A stretch of DNA of 64,000 nt from positions 330 to 64,329 of the forward strand of contig JBAXFL010000010.1 of assembly GCA_037139935.1 (NCBI GenBank). Reading direction: 5' to 3'. Below the pieces are notes generated by a model. It was not told the DNA's origin, made no database searches, and worked only from the letters and a program-made list of their open reading frames with translations. A program made the position numbers and the translations under genes. Below, piece by piece: positions 11,637 through 19,808 of this stretch. Within the stretch, counting starts at the first letter, position 1. Every line of letters begins with the position of its first letter. Origin of the DNA: Thermoleophilia bacterium (GTDB lineage: Bacteria; Actinomycetota; Thermoleophilia; Gaiellales; Gaiellaceae).

Positions 11637-11663
11637 AGCGCGACTCGTCGGCGAACCGGGCAC

Positions 11664-11927
11664 CTACGTCACCGTGAGTACGTCCACCGAGACGATCGAT
11701 CCGGGTCTCAAGAGACGATCTCCGACGAGCGGCCATTCGCCTCGCGGCTCCTCGATCTCGGCGATCACGGAGCGGGCGAGCACGAGTGCGCCGTCACGAT
11801 TGGGTGCCGTGCCGACCTGGACGACCTCCCCGTCGTTCATGCGCACGACGACCCGGCGGAGCTCCGAGGGCGCCCACTCGGCCATCCGGTCGAGCGGCGG
11901 GCCTTGACTGTGTTCGAGCATTCCCAT
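11664..11927 (-). CDS. small conserved-looking protein, paralog 1 of tandem pair
   Basis: The core 'ELRRVVVRMNDGEVVQVGTAPNRDGALVLARSVIAEIEEPRGEWPLVGDRLLRPGSIVSVDV' is similar to the neighbouring gene. A GGAGGA RBS (11937-11932) lies before ATG 11927/11921. The track ORF extends to GTG 11990. Confidence 0.55.
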   Translation of the reverse strand: MGMLEHSQGPPLDRMAEWAPSELRRVVVRMNDGEVVQVGTAPNRDGALVLARSVIAEIEEPRGEWPLVGDRLLRPGSIVSVDVLTVT

Positions 11928-12017
11928 CGAGTCCTCCACGGAGAGGGGGCTCGGAGCGCCGCCGACTCCGGCACTGATTGTCACCGACACACGATGTGCC
12001 TGCGTCCCCCGGATGGG

Positions 12018-12353
12018 CTATCCGGAGCGTTGGACGTCGATCGAGACGATCGCGCCGGGCCGGATGAAGCGCTCGTCTATCCGGGGCCATTCACCCTTCG
12101 TCGAAGCCTGCTCGATGTGGAGTACCAGGTTGCGGGCCATCTGCACTGCATTGTCCCGTCCCTCTGCAGATCCAACGACGATGTCGTCGTCGCCGTTCAC
12201 GCGGAGGATTACGCGTCGGATATCCGGTGCTCCGAGAACACGCGTCGATGGCATGGGTGGAGCCATGCCGCCGTCGAGGGCCGGGCGTAACGGCAGTGCT
12301 CCGGCCGTCAGGCTGTCGTCAGCGCCGGAATCTCGGCTCCCGAATAGCATCAT
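12018..12353 (-). CDS. small conserved-looking protein, paralog 2 of tandem pair
   Basis: The core is 'DIRRVILRVNGDDDIVVGSAEGRDNAVQMARNLVLHIEQASTKGEWPRIDERFIRPGAIVSIDV'. A GAGGAG RBS lies 7 nt before the ATG at 12353. Confidence 0.6.
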   Translation of the reverse strand: MMLFGSRDSGADDSLTAGALPLRPALDGGMAPPMPSTRVLGAPDIRRVILRVNGDDDIVVGSAEGRDNAVQMARNLVLHIEQASTKGEWPRIDERFIRPGAIVSIDVQRSG

Positions 12354-12419
12354 CTAGGTTCTCCTCGTGACAGGGTGGACTCACTGGATATCGGCGGGCT
12401 CCCGCCGTCCCATATTCCC

Positions 12420-13655
12420 TCAAATGAGTGGTCCTGGAGGGCGCAGACTGGCCGTAGCGCCCGCTGTCGCGAGCAGACCCACAGTGCCTGCGACGACGAG
12501 GGCGAGCGCGGTGCCGCCGACCTCGACGAGGGCGCCCGAGAGAAGTGAGCCGAGCGGCGCCAGTCCGACGAATGCGAACAGATAGAGGGCCACGCTCCGC
12601 CCACGCAGGTGATCGGGTGCAGCCAGCTGGACGAGCGTATTCGCATTGGCTGCGAAGAGCGCGAACGCGGCGCCGATTGCAAAGAGGACGATGCCGGCCA
12701 GCCACGCCTCGTGCACGGGTGCGAGGGCAAAGAGCAGAACACTGAAGGTGAAGGCTCCCGCACGGAACGCTCCGAAGCTCGCTCGCCGGGACGAGGCGGT
12801 GGCGATCGCACCGGCAAGCGCACCGAGGCCGAAGGCTGCCGAGAGCAGCCCGAATGCGCCCGCATCCACGTGGAGGGTGTCCGATGCGAGCAGCGGCACG
12901 AGCGTGTTGAAGTTGAATCCAACGAGCCCGACGCAGGTCACGACGATGAGGACGGCGCGGACCTGGCGATCGTGCCACACAAATGACAGTCCCTCCCGCG
13001 TTCCGGCGAGCACGGTGACGGTGCGGTCGTGCTCCACCGGGTAGAGCTCACCCTTTCGCATCGCGAGCAGGGCAGCGAGAACGGCGACGAAGCTGAAGGT
13101 GTTGACGAGAAAGCAGGCGCCCACTCCGGTCGCAGCGATCAGCACGCCGGCCAACGCCGGGCCGATGACGCGGGAGGCATTCAGCAGGCCGGAGTTGAGG
13201 GCTACCGCATTCGGGAGCTCACGGGGGCCGACCAGCTCGAAGGTGAGCACCTGACGCGCAGGTGCGTCGAGCACGAGGGTGACACCTCCGAGCATGGCGA
13301 GAGCGAAGACGATCGGGAGCGTCGCGGTTCCCGTCAGCGTTACGACCGCAAGTGCTGCGGAGGTGGTCATCGCTGCGACCTGCGTCCCGATCACGAGGCG
13401 TCGGGTATCGACCCGATCGACCATCGATCCGGCGAAGAGGCCAAAGATCGTGTACGGCGCAAAGCGGCAGAAGAGCAGCAGTGCCACCGCGAGTGGCGAG
13501 CGGGAGAGCGAGAGCACGAGCCACGCGAGCGCCACGTTCTGCATCCACGAGCCGGCGAGTGACACGACCTGTCCAGCGAAGAACAGCCGGTAGTTGCGAT
13601 GGTGGCGCAGGCTGCGGAATGTTCTCGTCTGCAGCGCGAGTCCGATGGAGCTCAT
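12420..13655 (-). CDS. MFS transporter (EntS/MFS_3-like efflux type)
   Basis: 12-TM profile. The N-terminus 'FRSLRHHRNYRLFFAGQVVSLAGSWMQNVALAWLVL' is typical of this MFS subfamily. Its start overlaps the marR stop. Confidence 0.85.
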   Translation of the reverse strand: MSSIGLALQTRTFRSLRHHRNYRLFFAGQVVSLAGSWMQNVALAWLVLSLSRSPLAVALLLFCRFAPYTIFGLFAGSMVDRVDTRRLVIGTQVAAMTTSAALAVVTLTGTATLPIVFALAMLGGVTLVLDAPARQVLTFELVGPRELPNAVALNSGLLNASRVIGPALAGVLIAATGVGACFLVNTFSFVAVLAALLAMRKGELYPVEHDRTVTVLAGTREGLSFVWHDRQVRAVLIVVTCVGLVGFNFNTLVPLLASDTLHVDAGAFGLLSAAFGLGALAGAIATASSRRASFGAFRAGAFTFSVLLFALAPVHEAWLAGIVLFAIGAAFALFAANANTLVQLAAPDHLRGRSVALYLFAFVGLAPLGSLLSGALVEVGGTALALVVAGTVGLLATAGATASLRPPGPLI

Positions 13656-14095
13656 TGTCTCCGTCCCAGCAGCTCACGGAGCGGCTCGACGGCGGACGCG
13701 ATGGCACCAAGGGCCTCTGGCTCGAGCGTGCCGAGACGTTCGGCCAGCCAGGCTGTGCGGCGCTCACGCACGGAGCGGAGGACACGCTCGCCCTCGACGG
13801 TCAGCTCGAGTCCGACCCGGCGGCGGTCGGCTGTAGAGCGGATGCGAACAAGAAGGCCCGAGCGCTCGAGCCGGTCGATCTGGCCCGATAGCGCAGGAGG
13901 AGAGATTCCCTCCATCCCGGCGAGTGCTCGAAGCGTCAGGCCGGGGCTCCCCTTGACGAGCCAGAGTAGTGTCGCCTGTCGGCCCGTGATCCCGAACTGC
14001 TCGGTCTCGCGGCGGAGTTCCCGGCTCAGGTGAAGCAAGACGGGGCGGAGCTCGTTCGCGAGCGCAAGTGGTTTTTCAGTATCTTGACTAATCAT
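13652..14095 (-). CDS. MarR family transcriptional regulator
   Basis: Winged-HTH sequence 'LTLRALAGMEGISPPALSGQIDRLERSGLLVR..DRRRV'. It is translationally coupled to the MFS gene. Confidence 0.88.
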   Translation of the reverse strand: MISQDTEKPLALANELRPVLLHLSRELRRETEQFGITGRQATLLWLVKGSPGLTLRALAGMEGISPPALSGQIDRLERSGLLVRIRSTADRRRVGLELTVEGERVLRSVRERRTAWLAERLGTLEPEALGAIASAVEPLRELLGRRQ

Positions 14096-14105
14096 TAGTC
14101 AAGAT
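14081..14105. promoter_or_regulatory. perfect 12-1-12 palindrome, candidate MarR operator covering the marR start codon
   Basis: ATCTTGACTAAT-C-ATTAGTCAAGAT lies in an AT-rich island. The marR ATG (14095-14093) sits at the dyad centre. On the minus strand, a TGgTATAGT extended -10 lies 11 nt upstream of the ATG. Confidence 0.6.
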
Positions 14106-14210
14106 AACTATACCAGATGGGCTACGTGTGCGAGGGGCTCGACGGCGCAGGTTCCATGCGCAGCGGCCAGCCCCCTACACGTATGCAGCGGCCACAGCGT
14201 GTGCGGCCCC

Positions 14211-14906
14211 TTACTTCGGTTCGGCCTCGAGCTTGTAGCCGACCCCGTACCGTGTCTGCAGGAACGTATGGGTGGAGGATCGGTTGTCGATCTTCTCGCG
14301 GAGCTTGCGAACGAAGACGTCAACCGTTCTGTCCCGATGCGATGCACGACGGCCCCACACGCGCTGGAGCAGCTCGTCTCGCGTGAGCACGCGGCCCATC
14401 TCGAGCGCTAACGCATAGAGCAGGCGGAACTCGGTGAGGGTCAGCTCGGCACTCTCTCCGTCCACGTAGGCCTGTACGTTCTTCGTATCGAGGCGAAGCT
14501 CCTCGATCACGATCTCGTCGCCTCGGCGAGGATCCTGCGCGCGCGTTCCGCGTCGGGCAGCGGCGCCGACCCGGGCAACCAGCTCCTTCATCGAGAACGG
14601 CTTCACGAGGTAGTCGTCCGCACCTATCTCGAGCGCGTGCACCCGGTCGTGCTCGGTGCCGCGAGCGGAGACGACGACGATCGGCGTGCCGATCCCCTCA
14701 TTGCGCGCCTGCTCGATCACCTTCCAGCCGTCGAGGCCGGGCAGCATCAGATCGAGCACGCAGGCGTCGGGGCGCTCGAAGCGCAGCCGCGCGAGGCCCG
14801 TCTCGCCGTTGGAGACGCTGACGGCGTCGAATCCCGCAGTCTGGAGGTGACGCGCCATACCCTGAGCGATGACATCGTCATCCTCGATGATCAGAATCTT
14901 TGGCAT
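14211..14906 (-). CDS. OmpR/PhoB-family response regulator (PhoP/RegX3-like)
   Basis: Receiver domain 'ILIIEDD...VLDLMLPGLDG' plus a winged-helix C-terminus 'LTLTEFRLLYAL...RTVDVFVRKLREKI'. The context is pst/phoU genes. Confidence 0.88.
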   Translation of the reverse strand: MPKILIIEDDDVIAQGMARHLQTAGFDAVSVSNGETGLARLRFERPDACVLDLMLPGLDGWKVIEQARNEGIGTPIVVVSARGTEHDRVHALEIGADDYLVKPFSMKELVARVGAAARRGTRAQDPRRGDEIVIEELRLDTKNVQAYVDGESAELTLTEFRLLYALALEMGRVLTRDELLQRVWGRRASHRDRTVDVFVRKLREKIDNRSSTHTFLQTRYGVGYKLEAEPK

Positions 14907-14952
14907 CGGGTGGGATCATGGACGGCGACCGGTGGTGGTGGGGTCGTCGGCA

Positions 14953-14981
14953 TGTAAACAGATGGTAACGGAGTGGTGAAG
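14953..14981 (-). promoter_or_regulatory. candidate PHO box: three 11-nt phased direct repeats
   Basis: Read on the minus strand: CTTCACCactc CGTTACCatct GTTTACA. The site lies 47 nt upstream of the response-regulator start, in the divergent RR/HK spacer. Confidence 0.45.
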
Positions 14982-15054
14982 GACGCGCCCGATACGCGGA
15001 ATCGTCCGGGGAAGAACCGGGCACAGGTACCGCTTCTGTTAGAACGTCACGAGG

Positions 15055-15984
15055 ATGGATGCAGATGCCCGCCGTTCTCGGATGCTGGTCGAGGAGAGCC
15101 GTGAGGCGGTGATCGTCATCGACGAAGCCGACACGGTGCTGCTCGCGAGCCGCCGCGCCCGGCAATCGATCGAGGGGATAGGAGAGGGAGCGCGCGTCCC
15201 CGCCGGCGTGCTCTCCGGGGAGAGCGGCGTCGTGCCACTCGTCGTGCCGTATGAGCTTTGCGGACGGCGAGAGCGCATCGTCTACCTCAGTCAGGCCGGT
15301 GACATGACCGTGTACGAGGAGCTGCGGACGGGGTTCACCGCCGCCGTCTCGCACGAGTTGCGGACGCCGCTTGCCCGGATTCTGGTTCTCCTCGAGACAG
15401 CCACGTTGCCGGGCGAGGACATTCATGATCTTGTCTCCCGTGCCCGCGACGAAATCGAGTCGGCGCGCGAGCTGATCGACGAGGTGCTCTTTCTCTCGGA
15501 GCTCGAGTCGGGTGGCCGTGTCGTCTCGCTCGGTGCGGTGCCGGTGCGTCTCGAGCTCGATAGTGCCGTGTCGGAACTCGAGGAGCGCGCTTCGCGGGCA
15601 GGCGTGTCTCTTACGGTCGAGGGCGACGAGGACATCGAGCTAGAGCTGCGGCCGCGGATGCTGCGGGTCATCTGCGAGAACCTGACGGAGAATGCGATTC
15701 GCTACGCAGGACCAGGTGCTTCATTCACGCTCGCCGTCGAACGCGACGGAAGCAGTATTGTCCTCCGGGGCACAGACGACGGCGTCGGCGTCGGAGAGGA
15801 TGAGCTCTCGCGCCTGTTCGAGCGTTTCTACCGCGCAGATCACACACGTGCCTCTCGGGGAACGGGCCTCGGCCTCGCAATCGTCAAGCACATCGTTGGT
15901 CAGGCGGGTGGCACCGTCGAGGCCTCGGGTGGCAAGGGCGCAGGTCTCGAGATCCGCTGCGTGTTCCCACGGCGAAGCGGTTAG
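15055..15984 (+). CDS. soluble PAS-domain sensor histidine kinase (PhoR/SenX3-like, no TM segment)
   Basis: H-box 'SHELRTPLARI' and ATPase boxes 'ENAIRYA' and 'GTGLGLAIVKHIV' are present. The N-terminus is PAS-like with no hydrophobic helices. Confidence 0.85.
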   Translation: MDADARRSRMLVEESREAVIVIDEADTVLLASRRARQSIEGIGEGARVPAGVLSGESGVVPLVVPYELCGRRERIVYLSQAGDMTVYEELRTGFTAAVSHELRTPLARILVLLETATLPGEDIHDLVSRARDEIESARELIDEVLFLSELESGGRVVSLGAVPVRLELDSAVSELEERASRAGVSLTVEGDEDIELELRPRMLRVICENLTENAIRYAGPGASFTLAVERDGSSIVLRGTDDGVGVGEDELSRLFERFYRADHTRASRGTGLGLAIVKHIVGQAGGTVEASGGKGAGLEIRCVFPRRSG

Positions 15985-16004
15985 GCTCGACCGCCGACCG
16001 CCTC

Positions 16005-16048
16005 GTTTACCTTTTTTTTACGGGTCCGTAACCACCCCGAACCCCATC
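16005..16048 (+). promoter_or_regulatory. candidate PHO box: four 11-nt phased direct repeats upstream of pstB
   Basis: GTTTACCtttt TTTTACGggtc CGTAACCaccc CGAACCCcatc. The site contains a T8 tract and the palindrome TTACGG-GT-CCGTAA (16018-16031). Confidence 0.4.
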
Positions 16049-16080
16049 GTTTCGCGCGCACCGGCGACACTCTTGCCGGA

Positions 16081-16941
16081 GTGACGAGCATGGCCACATC
16101 ACCTATTGACATCAACAAGCCCTGGGATCTCGGGAGACCTGCTGCCGACGACGGTCGGGGCTCGAGCGTCGTCTTCGAGGTGAACAACCTGAGCGTGAGC
16201 TACAGCGGCAAGGTGGCGCTCCAGGGCGTAAGCCTCGACGTGTACGAGAACTTCGTCACGGCGTTCATTGGATCGTCGGGGTGCGGTAAGAGCACCTTCA
16301 TCCGCTGTCTCAACCGCATGACTGATCTTGTTCCGGGCGCTGTCATCGAGGGAACGGCGCGCTATCACGGCCGCGACCTCTACGGTCGGGATGTCGATCC
16401 GGTTGAGGTGCGTCGGCGCATCGGGATGGTGTTCCAGAAGCCGAACCCGTTTCCCAAGTCGATCTACGAGAACGTCGCCTTCGGCCCCCGGGTGCTCAGG
16501 ATGAAGGAAGGCCTCGATGAGCGCATCGAGCGGTCACTGCGCTCCGCAGCGCTCTGGGACGAGGTCAAGGATCGCCTCGGGGACAGCGCGCTCGGCCTCT
16601 CGGGTGGACAGCAGCAGCGCCTCTGTATCGCGCGCGCCATCGCGGTCGAGCCGGAGGTGATTCTGATGGACGAGCCGGCTTCGGCGCTCGACCCGATCGC
16701 GACCGCGCGGATCGAGGATCTGATCCACGAGCTGAAGCGCGACTACACCATCGTCATCGTCACCCACAACATGCAGCAGGCGGCACGCGTTGCCGACATG
16801 ACGGCATACTTCAGCGTCGTGACTCCCGAGGGCGGCGGCTCCCGTCACGGCGTTCTGGTCGAATACGACCGCACACCGAAGATGTTCACAAATCCGTCCG
16901 ACAAGCGGACCGAGGACTACGTCACCGGGCGATCCGCGTAG
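16081..16941 (+). CDS. pstB: phosphate ABC transporter ATP-binding protein
   Basis: Walker A 'GSSGCGKST', signature 'LSGGQQQRL' and the PstB-typical '[17 protein letters not shown]'. The start may be ATG 16090. Confidence 0.92.
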   Translation: MTSMATSPIDINKPWDLGRPAADDGRGSSVVFEVNNLSVSYSGKVALQGVSLDVYENFVTAFIGSSGCGKSTFIRCLNRMTDLVPGAVIEGTARYHGRDLYGRDVDPVEVRRRIGMVFQKPNPFPKSIYENVAFGPRVLRMKEGLDERIERSLRSAALWDEVKDRLGDSALGLSGGQQQRLCIARAIAVEPEVILMDEPASALDPIATARIEDLIHELKRDYTIVIVTHNMQQAARVADMTAYFSVVTPEGGGSRHGVLVEYDRTPKMFTNPSDKRTEDYVTGRSA

Positions 16942-16944
16942 TCG

Positions 16945-17610
16945 ATGTCTCGCATCGCGTTTCAGCAGGCGCTCGATGTCCTCGAGGCGACGGTACAGGA
17001 GCAGGGCTCGTTTACTCTTCGTTCGCTCCGTGCGGCTGTCAGCGCGCTGCAGACCCAGGAGGTCGAGTTGTGCGACGAGGTGGTGGCGTTCGACGACGAG
17101 ATAGACCACCGGTACCACCAGATCCAGCGACTGATCGCCGACGTGCTCGCCCGGCAGTCTCCCGTGGCCAGCGACCTGCGGCTCGTTCTTTCCATGCTGC
17201 ATATCTCGATCTACCTCGAGCGGATCGGAGATCAGTGCGTGACGATCGCCAAGCTGACGAAGCTTGCCGGCAATCTCCAGTCGACGCCTGTACTGGTCGA
17301 AGGCCTGGCCGAGATGGGAGAGCGGTCGGCCGAGATGGTACGGATCGCGCTCGATGCGCTTTCCGAGCGAGATGTCGCACGGTCGCGTGAGCTCGTAGAC
17401 CTCGACGAGCTGATCAACCGGACAAACCGTCGGGTCGCAAAACAGGTTCTCGCTCTCGCGGCCGAACCGGGAGCCCAGGAGTGGGGAATGAGAATGATCA
17501 TCGTGGCGCGCTGCATCGAGCGGATCGGTGACAACGCCGTCGATATCGGCGAGCAGACCGCCTTTCTCGTCACCGGAGATTTCGAGCAGTTCGTGGACGC
17601 GTCGCATTGA
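16945..17610 (+). CDS. phoU: phosphate signalling/transport regulator PhoU
   Basis: Two PhoU repeats, each with 'ERIGDQCV' or 'ERIGDNAV' motifs. Confidence 0.88.
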   Translation: MSRIAFQQALDVLEATVQEQGSFTLRSLRAAVSALQTQEVELCDEVVAFDDEIDHRYHQIQRLIADVLARQSPVASDLRLVLSMLHISIYLERIGDQCVTIAKLTKLAGNLQSTPVLVEGLAEMGERSAEMVRIALDALSERDVARSRELVDLDELINRTNRRVAKQVLALAAEPGAQEWGMRMIIVARCIERIGDNAVDIGEQTAFLVTGDFEQFVDASH

Positions 17611-17618
17611 GCGAAACT

Positions 17619-17662
17619 CTTCACCAGTTCGTGACCGTAAAGCAACCAAGTATCAGCCCACT
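17619..17662 (+). promoter_or_regulatory. candidate PHO box: four 11-nt phased direct repeats upstream of pstS
   Basis: CTTCACCagtt CGTGACCgtaa AGCAACCaagt ATCAGCCcact. The site lies about 100 nt upstream of the pstS ATG. Confidence 0.45.
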
Positions 17663-17758
17663 CGAAGCATCTGAGGCTGGAAACTCTCGTCTGAGCGTCT
17701 TGGTCGGTACGAAATCCGGGGGGACGTCAAACAGGCACTCGAGGGAAAGGGTCTTATA

Positions 17759-18802
17759 ATGAAGAGAGTTCTGGAGCTCATGCTGATCGTGGCCAGCGTT
17801 GCCACGATGGCAGTCGTCGCGAGCGTCGCGACAGCGGCGCCGGCGAAGAAGCAGGACACATCGCTGACGGGGGCCGGTGCAACATTCCCGTTCCCGCTCA
17901 TCTCGAAGTGGATCCCCGCCGTTGGGGCGGCGTACGGGATCAACGTCAACTACTCGCCGATCGGCTCGGGTGGCGGCATCGCAGCCATGACTGCACGAAC
18001 CGTTGACTTCGGCGCGTCGGATGCGCCTCTCTCGGCCGATCAGCTCGCGGCCTGCAAGGGCTGTGTCGTGATCCCGTGGGCGCTGTCGGCGATCTCGATC
18101 CCGTACAACCTCCCGGGAGTCAACTGTGTTCTCCGGCTCTCTCCGGACGTGCTCTCTCGCATTTATCTGGGTCAGGTCACGAAGTGGAACGATCCCAGCA
18201 TCGTCCAGAACAACGGCAAGTGCGGGCTCCCCGACCTGAAGATCACGCCCGTGTACCGGTCGGACAACTCCGGCTCGACATTCGCGTTCACGGAGTACCT
18301 GTCCGAGGTCAACGCCACCTGGAAGTCCACGGTGGGCTACGGCGTCAACGCGCAGTGGCCGGCAGGTGTCGGCGCGAAGGGCAGCTCGGGCGTTGCCGGT
18401 GTCGTCAAGAGCACCGTGGGCGCCTTGACGTATGTCGATATCGCGTACTCGCTGAGCAACAAGCTACGCATCGGCTGGGTCCAGAACCGGGCCGGCAAGT
18501 TCGCCTCGCCAGGCCTTCGCGGAATCAAGGCGGCAGCCTCGGTGCTGCCGAAGCAAATCACCACTCCCGAGCAGCTCAAGCTTGTCAACCCGCCGAAGAG
18601 TGCAGGCGCGCTGGCGTATCCGATCAGCACCTTCACGTACGTGATCGCGCCCACATCCTCGAGCAAGTCTGCGGATCTGCGGAAGCTCATCTACTGGGCC
18701 GTGACCAGGGGCCAGTCATACGGGCCACCGCTCGTCTTCGAGCCGCTTCCGACGCAGGTGCAGGCCTACGCGTACCGCGAGATCAAAAAGATCCAGAGCT
18801 AG
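17759..18802 (+). CDS. pstS: phosphate ABC transporter substrate-binding protein
   Basis: Signal peptide followed by 'LTGAGATFPFPL...YSPIGSGGGI...GASDAPL', which is diagnostic of PstS. Confidence 0.9.
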   Translation: MKRVLELMLIVASVATMAVVASVATAAPAKKQDTSLTGAGATFPFPLISKWIPAVGAAYGINVNYSPIGSGGGIAAMTARTVDFGASDAPLSADQLAACKGCVVIPWALSAISIPYNLPGVNCVLRLSPDVLSRIYLGQVTKWNDPSIVQNNGKCGLPDLKITPVYRSDNSGSTFAFTEYLSEVNATWKSTVGYGVNAQWPAGVGAKGSSGVAGVVKSTVGALTYVDIAYSLSNKLRIGWVQNRAGKFASPGLRGIKAAASVLPKQITTPEQLKLVNPPKSAGALAYPISTFTYVIAPTSSSKSADLRKLIYWAVTRGQSYGPPLVFEPLPTQVQAYAYREIKKIQS

Positions 18803-18835
18803 TCACTACCGCATCAGCTAGTCACCACCGCATCG
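18798..18835 (+). repeat. 19-bp tandem direct repeat x2 (17/19 identical) in the pstS-pstC spacer
   Basis: GCTAGTCACTACCGCATCA / GCTAGTCACCACCGCATCG. The first copy contains the pstS stop codon. Confidence 0.8.
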
Positions 18836-18836
18836 C

Positions 18837-19808
18837 ATGAACACCATCGCCCCGGATCCCCTGGCGCCAGCGCCGATCGAGCGCAAGGGGATCCGGCTGG
18901 GCGATGTGCTCTTCAAAGGGGTCGCCGCTGTCGCCGCCGTCGGCGCGACAGCAATCCTCGGATTTCTCACCTACAAGGTCTTCGCCCTTGCGTGGCCGGC
19001 GATGCAGGATTTCGGCCTCTCGTTCATCTGGACGCAGGCGTGGAATCCGAACACCAATGTCTACGGGGCCCTCGTTTTCATCTACGGGACGATCGTCACG
19101 TCCTTCATCGCGCTTCTTCTCGCGACACCGCTGTCGATCGCGATTGCCCTGTTCCTCACGGAGATTGCTCCCGGCCGCGTGGCTGCCCCGATCGCGACCA
19201 TGATCGAGCTTCTTGCTGCGATCCCGAGCGTCGTGCTCGGGCTCTGGGGCATCCTCGTCTTCGGTCCTTGGGTCGCGATTCATCTGGAGCCCTTTCTTCA
19301 GACGTGGTTTGGGTTCTTGCCGATCTTCTCAGGAGATCCCTCACAGGCCGGGATCCTGCCCGCCGCGCTCGTCCTGACAATCATGATCATCCCGATCACG
19401 TCCGCTATCTGTCGGGAGCTCTTCAGTCGCGTTCCCAGCGATCTGTCAGACGGTTCACTCGCGCTCGGCTCGACCCGGTGGGAGGCGATTCGCCGCGTCT
19501 CGATCCCCTACGCGGCGCCAGGGATCTCTGCGGCTGTCTTGCTCGGCCTCGGCCGTGCATTCGGCGAGGCGATTGCCGTCACGCAGGTGATCGGCAGCGG
19601 CAACACGATCCATCGGTCCCTGTTTCCTCCGGGCGACACGCTCGGCAGTCGCATCGCGAGCACCTACCAGGGCGCAAGCAACGCCATCGAGGTGCAATCG
19701 CTGCTCTACCTGGCCGCGATCCTGCTCGTGATCTCCCTCATCGCCAGCGTCTCCGCCCAGGTGATCGTGAATCGGTTCCAGAAGGCACGGAGGATGTCGA
19801 CAGGATGA
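18837..19808 (+). CDS. pstC: phosphate ABC transporter permease
   Basis: Polytopic protein with a BPD-transporter EAA-like loop 'GSLALGSTRWEAIRRVSIPYAAPG'. Confidence 0.88.
   Translation: MNTIAPDPLAPAPIERKGIRLGDVLFKGVAAVAAVGATAILGFLTYKVFALAWPAMQDFGLSFIWTQAWNPNTNVYGALVFIYGTIVTSFIALLLATPLSIAIALFLTEIAPGRVAAPIATMIELLAAIPSVVLGLWGILVFGPWVAIHLEPFLQTWFGFLPIFSGDPSQAGILPAALVLTIMIIPITSAICRELFSRVPSDLSDGSLALGSTRWEAIRRVSIPYAAPGISAAVLLGLGRAFGEAIAVTQVIGSGNTIHRSLFPPGDTLGSRIASTYQGASNAIEVQSLLYLAAILLVISLIASVSAQVIVNRFQKARRMSTG

Noticed and set aside
16012-16031. T8 tract plus the TTACGG-GT-CCGTAA palindrome as a rho-independent terminator of the kinase gene
   Set aside because: The T-run precedes rather than follows the palindrome on the plus strand, and the 6-bp stem with a 2-nt loop is too weak. 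The 11-bp-phased repeat interpretation fits better, although a palindromic operator cannot be excluded.
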